This document shows, one piece after another, positions 1-13,058 of a stretch of 64,000 nucleotides of DNA; the stretch's first letter is position 1; each line of letters starts with the position of its first letter. The DNA comes from Picochlorum sp. SENEW3 (Eukaryota). The translations under genes and the position numbers were made by a program. The notes below the pieces were generated by a model that did no database searches, was not told the DNA's origin, and worked only from the letters and a program-made list of their open reading frames with translations. The stretch covers positions 124,001 to 188,000 of the forward strand of contig CP120463.1 in NCBI GenBank assembly GCA_034226945.1, given 5' to 3'.

Positions 1-145
1 TTGTCATAGGGTTGTCTTGTTTAGAATGTGGAGGAGCATCTTCTCGCTAGTTGATTTCAATATTTGTGAGACATTTGAGACACTGCGTTGATCAATTTAT
101 ATGAAATTTGATGCACTAGTTTGAAGAATGACTGCCTTGGTTTAA

Positions 146-1768
146 ATGGCAGGGTTTCGTCTCGGGTTTCTTCAGTGCGCGATGACGTATCCGGTCATCC
201 CACGGTGTCTGTCTGATACTTTTGGATGTATCGTGATCATATTGGCATTGATTGGATGCAGCAGCATGCTGCAGGTCACGGGTGCAGAACTCGAATCTGA
301 GGTTTTCGAACAAATTCTGGCGAGAGAGCTCAATGCTCACGTGAATATACTAGGGAAGATAAGTGATTCAAAACTGCACTTGAAGCGATCATATCTAGAT
401 CCAGCGCACAAGCGAGCAGCCCTGACGTTGCAGCGTTGGATGAAAGAAGCTTGTTTGACGACTTGGATAGATAGTGTTGGAAATGTTAGAGGGCGCGTTG
501 CAGGTGCAAATAAAGGGCCTGCCCTTCTTATAGGATCACACTACGACACTGTGATTGATGGAGGAATATACGATGGGGCCTTGGGTGTATTGGTTGGGAT
601 TGCTGCAGTCAAAGCTGCAGTTTTGGAATCTGCTGTGCAAGATGACATCATCAGCGGTGAGGCTCTGTCCGCCATGGTCGGCGAAGATGATATAGACTGT
701 GACAATATTTACTCGAGATTTGGAAACGGGAAAGTTCCCCTTCTTTCCCGACCAATTGAAGTGGTCGCTTTCTGCGATGAGGAAGGAGTGCGGTTCCAGT
801 CAACCTTTCTTGGGAGTAAGGCTCTATCTGGAACATTGACTGAGGATGTATTGACTGGAACATTTGATAAAGATGGAATTAGTATACTTGAGGCGATTCT
901 TGGTGATGCATTGGCAACTAGTGCGGAGGATATTATTCGCCGACCTGGCAGGGATGAATACTCTGGGTACCTTGAGGTGCATTTGGAGCAAGGACCCATC
1001 TTAGAGTTGGAGGGGAAGCCTCTTGGTGTTGTAAGTGGCATATCAGGACAATCAAGATATCAATTGAGCATCTGGGGAGAGCAAGGACATGCAGGAACAG
1101 TGCCAATGAAATTGAGGAAGGATCCAATGCCTGCATCGGCTACCCTGATCCATTCTCTTGAGACTCTGTGCCGTGGTGTTGCGATAAACATGAGCTATCT
1201 GAAAACTTTAGATGCATCTATTATACCGAGGGAAGACATATTGAGGCTTGAGGAAGACGGCTCTCTTGTATGCACAGTGGGTTCTTTGCAGACTTGGCCA
1301 GGAGCTTCAAATGTTATTCCCCAGAACGTCAATTTCACATTGGACATTCGATCACTTTCAGATTCATCACGAAACAATATAGTTAGGATTATTGAATCGA
1401 TTATGGAGGGAGAATGTGCAAAAAGAGAATTGATGTGTAGACTCAAAAAGAAGCATGAGGCATCAAGTGTGACGATGGATGAGATACTCACAGAAAAACT
1501 CATAAACTCTGTGAAAATGGCAGAATATGGTGGCAAAAAAGAAGCATCGACTAATACTTGCTCGAGTATTGAGGTCGTAAGAATTGCATCAGGAGCAGGT
1601 CACGATGCACTTGCTGTTTCGAGCATAATGCCTGTGTCTATGCTTTTCGTCCGTTCCAGGAACGGTATCAGCCATTCTCCAGACGAATGGGTTGATCCTA
1701 AGGATATTCGAGCTAGCTCAATTACCACATTTTACTTTATTCGGGACTGGGAGAAGGGCCCTTGGTGA
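146..1768 (+). CDS. AAH: Allantoate amidohydrolase (allantoate deiminase), M20 family
   Basis: Motifs GSHYDTV-DGG-YDGALG, DEEGVRF, EVHLEQGP, GHAGTVPM, SGAGHDA and GISHSPDE. Hydrophobic N-terminus as in plant AAH. Start may be 182. Confidence 0.9.
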   Translation: MAGFRLGFLQCAMTYPVIPRCLSDTFGCIVIILALIGCSSMLQVTGAELESEVFEQILARELNAHVNILGKISDSKLHLKRSYLDPAHKRAALTLQRWMKEACLTTWIDSVGNVRGRVAGANKGPALLIGSHYDTVIDGGIYDGALGVLVGIAAVKAAVLESAVQDDIISGEALSAMVGEDDIDCDNIYSRFGNGKVPLLSRPIEVVAFCDEEGVRFQSTFLGSKALSGTLTEDVLTGTFDKDGISILEAILGDALATSAEDIIRRPGRDEYSGYLEVHLEQGPILELEGKPLGVVSGISGQSRYQLSIWGEQGHAGTVPMKLRKDPMPASATLIHSLETLCRGVAINMSYLKTLDASIIPREDILRLEEDGSLVCTVGSLQTWPGASNVIPQNVNFTLDIRSLSDSSRNNIVRIIESIMEGECAKRELMCRLKKKHEASSVTMDEILTEKLINSVKMAEYGGKKEASTNTCSSIEVVRIASGAGHDALAVSSIMPVSMLFVRSRNGISHSPDEWVDPKDIRASSITTFYFIRDWEKGPW

Positions 1769-1909
1769 AAGATCTTGACCACATTCTCCAACAGATTACA
1801 GTTGAGCAAATCAGTAATGTGTTGTTAAAGCCAGACAGAAATTTCATACATGCCTTGTTTTAATATTGTTATCGTATCAATTATATATATTTGTTCATTA
1901 AATTGAAGT

Positions 1910-3845
1910 TCAGACTCCAAAAAGCATCATATTCCAAGCTGGGCCAACAAAATAGATCCACTCGCTAATGCGGCTCCTCAAATTTTCCTCTGCCTCAGGC
2001 GATCGTATCAAACCAAGTGTACGAAGCCTTCCAAAATCCAGCACTCTTCCTCCTTTTATGTAAAGTCGATCTATCGTACCAGGGTAAGGTATCATCAATT
2101 TGACATGATCAACCAAATCATCTGAACCTTTGTAATTATTTGCCACCTCAAGACACTTTTCTCCCGTTCCTTCCTCGTCCGGCAAATTATTTCCCTCCGA
2201 TTCAAATTCAGAAAAATCCCAAGGAGGCTGGTTGGCATCCAATAAGTGAACCACCTTTGTAATGGGTACCCACTTGTATGTTGTAGGACACAGGAGTTCG
2301 CTGGGAGCAAATGATGCTTTGTAATTCATTCGGTGGCAGTCGTGCAAGTAATAACCTAAATAGTAATAGTGAAAGTCCTTCGCATGCTTTGACTGCTCTG
2401 ATATCCAGTCAATCTCCAGCAAAGAGGCCAAGGTGCCCAGCGACAGTTTTGCCATGCTCGGGTCCCAGAAGAAATACTTGGATGAAAGGCATTTTGGTAA
2501 TATGTCGACTACTCCTACCGCGATAAGCTCATTGTCTACCCAATATTGCTGATGAAAGGAACCGTATCCACAAGATGGGCCCTGTGGGCACTCACTGGGG
2601 GGCACATGGATCAATGGGGAGTCACATAGAAATCGCCTAAATGATTCGACTGTCACCGACATTGGATCATCATCGTGATGTTTTGTCTGATATTTCTTGA
2701 ACAGATCAAATTCAATCTCTGGGATTGAGGGATCAGAGGATGCCAGAGTAACAATTCTAAAACTATGCCCACAGGAACGCTTTGCTTTCTGCTTTGAGAT
2801 TCTTGGGTGAGATTCGACCTTTTGCTCATCGCAGTCGCCTTTACCTAAGATATTTAGATGACCACCCGCACAGTGAACAGACAATTCGCCAAAATCAAGT
2901 TGGACATGCTTGGCAAGAATCTTTGAGATATCCTCTGCAGTTAGCCCTGTGGTCTCAGGTACCGACTTTGCCTTTGCTGCCAATGAAAAGGATATTCCAG
3001 ATGTGTAAAGGATATCTCTTCCATGCAGTCTTCGGACTTTATCCGAAGCCTCCTTCACAGTCACGGGTGGAAGATGAATTCCTGGAGGGATCTCTCCAGT
3101 ATCCACTGCTTTCCTGATTGCCACCTCCAAGGCACGTGTGATCATTCCAGTAAAATCTCCACTAGCACCTTTCTGCTTTGTATCTAAAGCTTCACAGCTA
3201 CCAACTCTGAGTTTCTCAGAAAATGGAGCTGATGGTGATCCTAAACATTCATCAGAAAATACATCCAACGACTTGAGATTCAGATTGCTTCTCTGTCTTT
3301 TGCTTTGACCCAGCCCTCGAATATCGAACTCTTCTTCTCTTGAAATGTTGGCTACCATTTCTAAATCATTCTCACGAGGGCGCTTTGGAGAAGATCCCCC
3401 AATGTGATTTTCCTCGGGACCTTGGGTTGGTTTGCTGTTCGTGAACACGTCTATTTTCCCTTCAAGAAACGATTTCCACCTTCTTTTGACACGCTTCTGA
3501 GACTTACTGATCTTAAATTTATGCGTGTCCAAACGTATAGTCAAAAGTTGACAGCACGTTTTACAGTGCAATGGTCTGTAAAGCCATCTACCAGATCTCC
3601 TCCAGCCTCTGCATCAATCAATGCCCTAAAATTAGTAAACAAATCCATATGGTTTATTCACCAAGCATAATATACCTGTCTATCAGCTTTTGATACGCGT
3701 ATACGGTCAGATATTCCGCATGCATGCCATAGCTCACCGAAGTCTCCTCTGTGCTGCCACAATATCCACAGTGGGTGGTGCTTTCACCCATCACCGCGAC
3801 AACAGTGGGCAGAGAACCCGCCATTGCCAAACGTGAATCGTTCAT
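1910..3845 (-). CDS. ATE1: Arginyl-tRNA--protein transferase
   Basis: N-terminal CGYC. Intron 3609-3675 restores LIDRGWRRSGRWLYRP followed by TCCQLLTIRL. C-domain has GYGSFHQQY, AVGVVDILP and YYYLGYYLH-C-MNYK. Start is 3845 or 3824. Confidence 0.93.
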
Positions 3846-4448
3846 AGTATATTCCAGATCATTAAACACTCTGATTTCTGTTCCACTCACTCTCGGACAC
3901 GTCCTCGACTTCCCGGAGAGTGTATCAGAGGCAAATCTGCCTCCACATACAACCACCCATCACGAATCGGTCTGAAATTATACTAAAATACCTTTATTAA
4001 ATAATATACGAGACACAGACACTATTGAATAGGGTCACCCCAGAAGACTCGGATATTTATCCTCGCCCAGATGACTAGGCCGTCTCTTCCTTTTCGCCAA
4101 AGTAAGAAAAGGATTCGCTCTGAAGGAATAGAAATTGGTGTATATATTTCTTCTGATGCTAGAAAGATGTGCTACCGCCTCAAAAGGGACGGGCTTCCTG
4201 ATCATGAGCTCATGCTCGATCGAGCATGGAGTGTATCTAGATCAGGGCCGTGTATCCTGCCCATGCATGGGCAATATATATGGCTGCGCCACGATCCCCA
4301 TCACAATCGCACAATCGTGAGTGATATGCGACAAAATGACTGCGGAAAACCTGTGTTTGTAAGGGCAAAATTGCTCTGCCTCCTGCCACGGCAGGTTTGT
4401 AATTTTGCAGAATGTACAATATTACACTGTTTGAACCACCGTCATCGA

Positions 4449-5778
4449 TTATACCAATGACATCTTTCTAAGGAGATCAGTCAATGTTATAACTCCGCAA
4501 GGTATCATATCGTCTGAACATACGTATATCCTATGAAGCCTATTGTGCACAATAGTGCTCATGATTTCAGACAAGGGAGAATTTGGAGAGCAGGTTATCA
4601 AATTTTGCCCCACCTCAGAGCCAGGGGAGCTTATTTTCCTTTGACGCATTTCCCTATCATGTGCGAACTTGAATGCGGCTCCTGATGGACGAGATCCCGG
4701 AGAGGTACCCAGAAGTAGCTCATCCGAGGAGGATTCTTTAGTTGCGGCATATCCAGCATATTCGGTTCCGTGCTCAAGAGCAAGAAATTCCCCAACGGGC
4801 AGAGCGAGTGACCCAAAATGCTCAGACATGATGTTCCTGAGTTCAGAAATTGAAAAGTTTCCAATAATTCCTCCAACTGCATTGACAACCGCCACAGCAC
4901 TGATATCCTTTTCTTCCATCAGCATCATTGCATCAATTGCAGGGCAGTCAGGTGACACTTTGACCACATTCTCTTCTCCTCGCACAAAACCTAAACTTTC
5001 AGCAGTCTCGTCCGCCAAACATCCGCCAAATTCGTCCAAATGATCAAATATAAATTTGACAACATCACTCTGTGAAACTACGTGGCTCAATTTGCCCTGG
5101 GCATCAACCAGTGCTAGCCTATGAACAACATGCCTTTTCCTCGTCCCTCCAAAAGTCTCTTGGTCCTTCTCTTCTGTGCTCAAAAAGCCATCGATTATAA
5201 TCTCCAGCATTGAAGAGTGTTTCGCTTCATCCAACTTGTAGAACCTCCCATCGCTCCCGACAGACTTGAGCTCCTTCACAGACTTGACTGCAAACTCCTG
5301 TCCCTTTTCTTCGAGTATCCTCATTCTCTTGAGCATTTTTGCATCTTTCAGTCCATCCAAATCTAGCTCCTTCAGAAAAGATGATAAAACATCCCTGATA
5401 TCGATGAAACCAGCAATCTCTTCTCTATTATGATCCGCGCTCAGCTCGGTCTCGGGAGCAGAGTTTGCCACATTCACAACTGGAGCGGATAAAATGCGAT
5501 GTGATGCCAATAACTGGATCATGGAAACACGAGAATGTCAGAATAGAGGAGCACGTTGCATTTCGTCGTTGATGGGGCTTGGCCTCTTCCACAGAGTCCG
5601 GAAGTGAACCTAGCCGTGCAAATGGTACCATTCAATATCGTTATACTATTCATCAACGCACCCGTAATGTCTGATCAACTGACGCACTCAAGCGGACCGT
5701 GACGATCTTTTGCTGTCGCAACAAATCCGACAGTTGTCTGCTCGACAATGCATCTCGGCACGTCGATGAATCAACCAT
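4449..5778 (-). CDS. CBS-domain protein (SNF4/KING-gamma-like)
   Basis: Exon 5662-5778 (MVDSSTCRDAL..DQTLR) joins 4449-5513 (LLASHRILSAPV). CBS motifs VHRLALVD, ISAVAVV-GNFS-SEL and LHRIYV-GVITLTDLL. Confidence 0.85.
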
Positions 5779-5982
5779 GATGATGATGGTGAATAATTAA
5801 TTAATCTAATTGTCTTTGAAACTGCCCAGCTTGCGGTGAGGCTACCACTCTTAAAAAGAAAAATCCTCCTAATGTTTGTCCTCGGGATGACGACGAGATT
5901 GATTGCTTCAATTCTCTGCAGTTTGAATATATATGAATGCGACAGTTCTTTTTTCTGAGGAGGCTACCTATTGGATTGTGCC

Positions 5983-7044
5983 ATGAATGAACCTGGGTGC
6001 CTCGATGACTCTAGTCAGACTCAAATAGCAGACACTCTCGAGGACGAGAGCGTGCCAAACCTTGTCAAACTGGCCTCAAATAGTCCATTTATAGATTTAG
6101 ATCATCCAGTGACGAGATACGAGGCCATCAAATTGGTAGTATTGTTCCCTTTGGCCTGTCTAAGAAGCATTCTTCTTGTGGTTGTTTTGTTGATAACTTG
6201 GGGGTTTTGTCGACTGGCGGTCCTAGGGCACCACCACAAGGAAGGAAATCCGCTGAATAATGTCAGGTTTTTAGTTGTTGATCAGGCTGTGCGCTTTGGG
6301 TCCAGAGCATTCGTGTTCCTGGCTGGTTTTCTGTGGATCTCTGTGAAAGGAAAGGAGAATTTACGCAAGGCTAAAAAAGCACGATCGATACTGGTCTTCA
6401 ACCACATATCATACGTTGATCCTGCAATGCTATTGACACAGATTCGGTCGAGCGGTGTTTCGAAGTCAGGGGTTGCTGACCTTCCATTTGTTGGAGCCAT
6501 CGCTGTTGCTCTACAATTTCTGTTCATTGCACGGAAGGGCACTTTGGACCACGTGAATCAGTACACAGTGAGATCGGATCCTCAAACAGCGGTCATGACG
6601 AGATCGCGTGATACTGGCTATCCATTGCTTGCACTAGCGCCAGAGGCCACTACAAAGCCAAAAGAGTGCCTGTTGAAATTCCGCAAGGGTGCATTTGTGC
6701 CTGGGAAGCCAGTCTCTCCGATTTTATTTAGATACCCTTGCAGGCACTTTCATCCTGGGTGGGGGTCTGTGAACACTTTGTTCCATATATGGAGACTGCT
6801 ATCGCAGTTTGTAAACTATGTCGAAGTTGAAATTCTGCCTCCGTATCATCCCTCTGAAGAGGAAGAGAGAGATCCAGTACTGTATGCTGAGAATGTTCGT
6901 CGCCTAATGGCGTCAAAACTGGGTATTCCAATGGTGAATAAAGATTTGAAAGAAGAGCTATTGTTTAAAAAATACTGCATTCAAACTGACCTTTGGGGCC
7001 GCAAAGTAGTTGCATTTGGTGGACAGAAGAAGAAGTCTGATTAA
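5983..7044 (+). CDS. Lysophospholipid acyltransferase (LPEAT/LPCAT-like, PlsC family)
   Basis: NHISYVD (HX4D), APEATT, FRKGAFVPG-PV-P and YAENVRRLMA, with an N-terminal TM segment. Confidence 0.9.
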   Translation: MNEPGCLDDSSQTQIADTLEDESVPNLVKLASNSPFIDLDHPVTRYEAIKLVVLFPLACLRSILLVVVLLITWGFCRLAVLGHHHKEGNPLNNVRFLVVDQAVRFGSRAFVFLAGFLWISVKGKENLRKAKKARSILVFNHISYVDPAMLLTQIRSSGVSKSGVADLPFVGAIAVALQFLFIARKGTLDHVNQYTVRSDPQTAVMTRSRDTGYPLLALAPEATTKPKECLLKFRKGAFVPGKPVSPILFRYPCRHFHPGWGSVNTLFHIWRLLSQFVNYVEVEILPPYHPSEEEERDPVLYAENVRRLMASKLGIPMVNKDLKEELLFKKYCIQTDLWGRKVVAFGGQKKKSD

Positions 7045-7106
7045 ATCGATAGATGTTTATCACCTGCATGCCGACTCTTTCGTACTTGATTTTGTTTAAA
7101 TTTAAA

Positions 7107-9245
7107 TCAGCTCATTGATCTAATATCCAATAGAGCCACAAGCTCCAACAATTTCCGCCGCGAGAGGGAAGCATTCTGCCCCTCAGATGCATTGATGTAT
7201 TCCATGAACAGAATCAGGTCCTCTCTGTCTAAATACCCTGGCTCCAATGCAAATACACTAGTCATCAAATACCGCGCACATTGTATTCCCAGTCGTCTAT
7301 CAACCCTTCGAATTGTGGATATCGCAAGTTCAAAACTACCCTTGGTTTTCTTATTTGCACAGATTTTTGTCGTAATGAGTGCAAAGTTCGACGCATACTC
7401 AAGGTCCGCGGGAACTATTAGAGATCTAATACACTGCTCTATTGAATGCAATTGATTTTCTGAGGTGCCTTTCGTGAGTCGGTGATCATCTCCTGCGTCG
7501 AATACTATTCCGCCAAGGGAGACATCCATGCTGTAGATATCATCTGCGCGAGAAAACCATTGGGCTCCAAGGCCATACAAACCATTCTGCCAACACAGAG
7601 CACCTTGCCTCTTATATACTGAATATTTTAGATGCTCGATGTTATATGTCTCAGCCAAAATTACGGCTCTGTGGGCCAGCTTTCCATCAGTTGTTAAGGG
7701 TAGTTTATCAAGCAGCTGTTCAAATGCGTGCTTCCCGTGAGACTTGCAAAAGCCGAAATATTTTGCAGCCAATTCCCACGTCAACGGACTAGGAGACAAT
7801 GAACTGGCATAGTCGAGCCTGTAAAACTCTGACTGATCACCTCCAGCATGTAAAAGCTCATGTTTGAGGGGGCCTGGCCCACTTGGATGTGCTTCAAGGA
7901 TAGTTGTAATATGCCCCAGGAACCAGTCTGATACACTGAAGGAGCAAGCTCTTATTATACCTTGATGATTCATCTCGCAACTGCTACTGATCACCAAAGC
8001 AACTGAGTCTTGCAATTCATTGATGGAGTGCATCTGGACAAGGCAAGTCTGGAGCATGTGTTTTAGTTCCGATAAATTGTCCAGATCCGGATATTTGTGG
8101 GCTAGCTTTGCGATTAAAAGCTCACACCATGACATGACTGATCTCTTCATCGCATTTTCTTCGCCCAATACAATTTCCAGGCATTCCAGGCATGCCTTGC
8201 TGGTCTCTGGAGCTGTCTGATCACATCTATTCCACATTTCTGAGTCATTTTTCAAATCCAAGCATTTCTTCAACCAAGCTTGCCTACATATAGGGATCGA
8301 TAGTCAAATATTCAAAAAAAATTAACGAATTATCTTTCCACCATACCTGAAAGACATCATCTCCCCCAGCACATCAAATTGCCGAGTCATGCTGAGGCCA
8401 GCAGCTCCTCTATCTCGCAGAGTTGGAAATCTTCGCAAAATTGAACTGATATTTTCCAGAACAATTATCTCAGGTGGTGTATTACTCCCTTTAACAGATA
8501 ACCCCTGCTCGAAATTGGACGAGTCCCACTGAAGCCAGGCAGTGTGCAAGCCAAGAAAGTCTAACGCATCAGAGATCCAACCCAAAGACACAAGCCTCAG
8601 AAATGTCGCCCAATATCTATCCTCTAACTCTGGAACATCAACATGCTGCATGAATTCTATCAATTCAGTCGAGATGGGAGTCTGGTCAACACCTCCCTGT
8701 AATGCAGTGGCATTGGCCTTGTACCAACTCGAAATGTCTGGAATTGCACCAGACGGCTGCTCTCCGACCAATGAATCGAATACAAAAGAGCAAATAAGCT
8801 CCCATAATGCCTTTTCCTCTAGGATTTGAAGCGTCTCATCCGATTCGTCAGTGGAGTACAGCGTGTTCGCCCCTAGTATATCACTGACACTCTGAGCAAA
8901 CACCAAGGCTCCCTGTGAGGCCCCAGTGTCCGTGAGGCTGTGACGTGTCCCCCCTTTTTTCCTTTCCATTTGCTTCATCGACGCATACTCCATGTATTTT
9001 GAGCAAGTGTCATACGCGATTCGACGATGTATCGCACCGAGATGACCCCAACGTATGCACGTTGATGTCGACACCTGGTCGCTCTCCATTCCAACAGATA
9101 TGGTAGATTGTACATCTTTATTCAAAGTACTGCAGCAAAATATCTCATTCCCAAGCCCCCAATGGAAATGAAGTCTGTTGCCTGTTGATTCCACTTCTGC
9201 AAGCAGCGTGGTTGCCTGTTGGGGCCCCACGGGCTCTTCCGTCAT
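7107..9245 (-). CDS. NUP85: Nucleoporin Nup85
   Basis: Two ORFs joined by intron 8284-8346. YWATFLRLVSLGWISDALDFLGLH, SWCELLIAKL and LDYASSL..WELAAKYF resemble Nup85. Confidence 0.75.
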
Positions 9246-9575
9246 TGCAGATTTCTAACAAAGTTTCTATAGTTACAATGAGACCTCACCAATGATTTCC
9301 TTTGGATAAGAAAGTTGCATCCATCATCTCATCGTTGCCAATATTGGCTTCAAGCCATCTAATTAGAACATTAAAAATTTAACTTTTTAAGGAACGTTCC
9401 TTTTTTTCCTAAAGTAGGAACAAATATCGGATTAAATTGTTTTATTGCAGCACACGGGTCGAATGAGTCAATGCACCTGTTTTCAATTAAAGCTAAGTTG
9501 ATCAGATTGATTAAATTCCCCTTTGAGAGCGAGAAGTTGACAAGTAGAGAGATTTTCAAGAAGAACTACTGTACC

Positions 9576-10865
9576 ATGTCACAGCAACAGGGAGACAAGG
9601 TCGGTGAGACTGCATCGCAGGTATGTAAATTCTCTTTGCTAGTTAATATTTCATGCTGGCGGTTGCAGTATACGGGTTGGAAATCTCAGAGTTCGAGAAA
9701 CTGGAAGCCCTACAGTGTCGAAAGTCTGTTCTTTTTGCACGGCGGATGCGATTCATTTGATCAAGTGTCCGTAGGCGTTTATCTTTCTTATTCATTTCTG
9801 TTTGGTGTGTGTGCAGACAGATCCTTTCACGCTATCTGCTTGGATTTTGAATCAGCAGCACAAAAACCCTCAGGCCAGGGGTAACCTAACCATTTTACTC
9901 AATTCCATCTGCGTTGGTTGCAAATTTGTGTCGACAGCTGTCAGAAGGGTACGTTTATACAGTTTTTTTAGTTTTGTGGATCCTTTGATTGATGCTTTCC
10001 GTTTTTCTCTCAGGCTGGAGTAGCTGGGAACGATGTTCTAGGCAAGGCAGGCAGTGAAAATGTCCAGGGGGAGGATCAGAAAAAACTGGATGTGGTTGCG
10101 AACGATGTATTCAAAAATGTGCTGAGAAAGAGTGGTCAGTGCGCTGTTCTGGTCACCGAGGAGGAAGAAGATGCCATCATTATTGATCAGGAACATAGGG
10201 GTGATTATTGTGTTGTATTTGATCCTTTGGATGGATCTTCAAATATCGAGTGCGGCGTCTCCATTGGAACGATCTTTGGTATTTATAGAGTCAAAAGTGG
10301 ATCGAATGGCCAATTATCAGATGTCACAAGACCTGGTGTAGATATGGTGGCAGCAGGTTATTGCATGTATGGATCCATGACATACCTCATGTTGACAACT
10401 GGTGATGGAGTGGCTGGATTCACTTTGGACGATTTCATAGGTGAATTCGTCCTAACTCATCAGAATGTCAAGCTTCCTGAGTATGGGTCGATATACTCTA
10501 TTAATGAGGGAAATTCAGCAAATTGGGATGTTGCGACAAGATCATACGTTGATGAGCAGAAGCAATCTGGCAAGTGCTCGTTGAGGTATGTTGGTTCCAT
10601 GGTTGCTGACGTACACAGAACGCTGCTCTACGGAGGTATCTTTATGTACCCGTCCGATAAGAAAAACACCAAAGGAAAGCTTCGTATGCTGTATGAATGT
10701 TACCCTATGGCAATGCTAATGGAACAAGCAGGAGGACTGGCAGTTGATGGAGAGGGTAAGAGAATCATGGAAAAGCCACCTATTGGGGGTATTCATGACA
10801 GGAGTCCAATTTATCTTGGCAGCAAAGATAATGTTGAAAGAATAATAGAACTCTTAAAGAGATGA
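9576..10865 (+). CDS. FBP: Fructose-1,6-bisphosphatase, cytosolic
   Basis: Exons 9576-9620, 9817-9948 and 10014-10865. Motifs NVQGEDQKKLDV, FDPLDGSSNI, RYVGSMVADVHRTL and GKLRMLYE. No transit peptide. Confidence 0.96.
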
Positions 10866-10899
10866 GAGAATAAATTTATTGTCATGTAATTGTACAAAA

Positions 10900-12751
10900 T
10901 CAGGCCAAAAGGGTTGGTTCCATGTGAGGGGGTGCTTCATAGCCCATCAAATTGAGTGCAGTAGAAGCGACATTCGCAAGTCCTGCCTTCTCAAAATCAC
11001 TCTTAAACTTGACGTCATCTGGGAGGCCTGATCCTCCGATAGAAATTGGCACGGGTGCAAGCGTATGAGATGTCAGTGGGATTGGTTTTCCATCCTCATA
11101 CAGGGGTTCCAGGGTCTTCTTGTTTCGTTGAACCATATCATCAGCATTACCATGATCAGAAGTGACGATAAAACGCCCTTTTACTTCGTCCACAACATCC
11201 AACAACTCCTTGAGGCATTGATCGACCAGTCCACAGCAGTGTATTGTAGCCTGCAGATCACCTGTGTGGCCAACCATGTCTGGATTTGCAAAGTTCAATC
11301 GGACCTGATCAAATTTGCCGGATCGCAAAGCTTCTTTTCCTGCTGCTGCAATCTCTCTCGCCTTCATGTCAGGCTTTTCGTTGAAGGGAACAGTGTCAGA
11401 TGGGATTTCCAGATATGTCTCAAGATTCTCATCAAAATACCCACTCCTGTTTCCATTCCAGAAGAAAGTGACATGACCAAACTTCTGTGTCTCGGAGCAG
11501 ACAAAAGTTCTCAGACCATTTTTCACCAAAAATTCCCCAGAAACTCCAGAAATTGCAGGTGGTGGCACCAAAAACTTTGTTGGGAGCTTGAGGTCTCCAT
11601 CATACTGCATCATTCCAGCGAACTTAATCTGTGGCACACGAACACGATCAAAGGCGGTGAAATCCTTATATTCCAATGCTTTGCTTAGTTCAATCACACG
11701 ATCAGCTCTGAAGTTGAATATTACAACAGCATCTCCGTCCTCAACTGTTCCAACAGGGGCACCTGCATCATCCACAATCACAAATGGCTCAAGCCACTGG
11801 TCACTCACTGGCTTCTCTGAATCCTCTTTCCTGAGAGTTTTGACCGCAGTGTAAGCATCGGTGAACTTATTCGGGGCCTCTCCCAGGACATGGGCATCCC
11901 ACCCCCTTTTGACAATGTTCCAGTCAGCTTCGTATCTGTCCATTGTCACATACATTCTCCCTCCTCCTGACGCAATCTTTGCATCACACTGCCCGGATAC
12001 TTCTTTAAATACTCCTTCAAGCTCCTCCACAAATTTGAGAGAAGATCCATCAGCTACATCCCTTCCATCAGTAAGGATATGTAGCCGAATCCTCTTGGTC
12101 CCTCTCTCCACGGCTCCTCTGATGAGACCAAACAACTGATCGGTCCTGCTGTGAACCCCTCCATCGGACAAAAGCCCAATAAGATGCAGTGTTCCATTTG
12201 GTAAATTTTCTGACACGTATTGCCATCCTTCACCTTCAAACATTGACCCACTTTCAAGTGCCTTATCCACAAGACTGGCACCCTGGTCAATGACTTGGCC
12301 TGCACCGAGGGCATTGTGTCCAACTTCAGAGTTTCCCATATCTGCATCACTAGGGAGCCCTACTGCAGTTCCATGAGCAAGAATGCTTCTCCAACGCCCT
12401 GGTACGTCACGGAGAGCGTCAGAGCATGGAGTGTTGGCGCTGAACACACCATTGAACTTGTCCTTACTCACATTCTCTCCCTGCATGTATAATACGATGA
12501 TTCATATCCGTCATGTTCAACCTCGATGGCAGTATCTTGTTGAAAGCAGGAGTGCACGCTGCCGGTCGGCACAAGGCGATCAAGGGTACATGCATCGACT
12601 CCAACCTAGAGAGGGAATTGTATACCTCTTGCCATATTTCTACATAGTATTTAATATTATATGCTTCACGTACCCATCCATCCAGAATGCACACCAAAAC
12701 TGGTCCTTCAGGCTTCGCGAGGGTTGGGTGTTGCTTCAGGGTAAAATCCAT
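10900..12751 (-). CDS. 2,3-bisphosphoglycerate-independent phosphoglycerate mutase (plant-type)
   Basis: Exon 12674-12751 (..VCILDGW) plus 10900-12480. Motifs MGNSEVGH, LSDGGVHS, DGRD, NPDMVGHTG and SDHGNA. Confidence 0.96.
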
Positions 12752-13058
12752 AGTGTTTCGTACTTTCAAATGATCAAACTATTCAATTGTAATTATGAAT
12801 TGTAATGGATAATGGATGCATGGGAACCAAGGCCTTTGTGCCCAGAGTTTCATCTGACCCTGAGGGTGCACGAGAGTGAGATCCCTTCAAAGTGAAGTCT
12901 CATGTGCTAGCCTAGAGCTGCAACCAGACTAAAGATTTATAGTACCGGTATGTGACTTTTCAACAACAACAACGAAAATTCGCCATTAGATAAGAAGGGA
13001 GAAACTGCTGAAGAGTTCATTTGAAGGTTTCTCGAGTGCAGGGCAGTGCACTTGACAC

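Noticed and set aside
4071..4460. 129-aa + strand ORF
   Set aside because: No recognisable motif. It runs through the palindrome cluster and overlaps the CBS gene end, so it is unsupported though not excluded.
11065..12139. Several + strand ORFs
   Set aside because: Antisense shadows of iPGAM.
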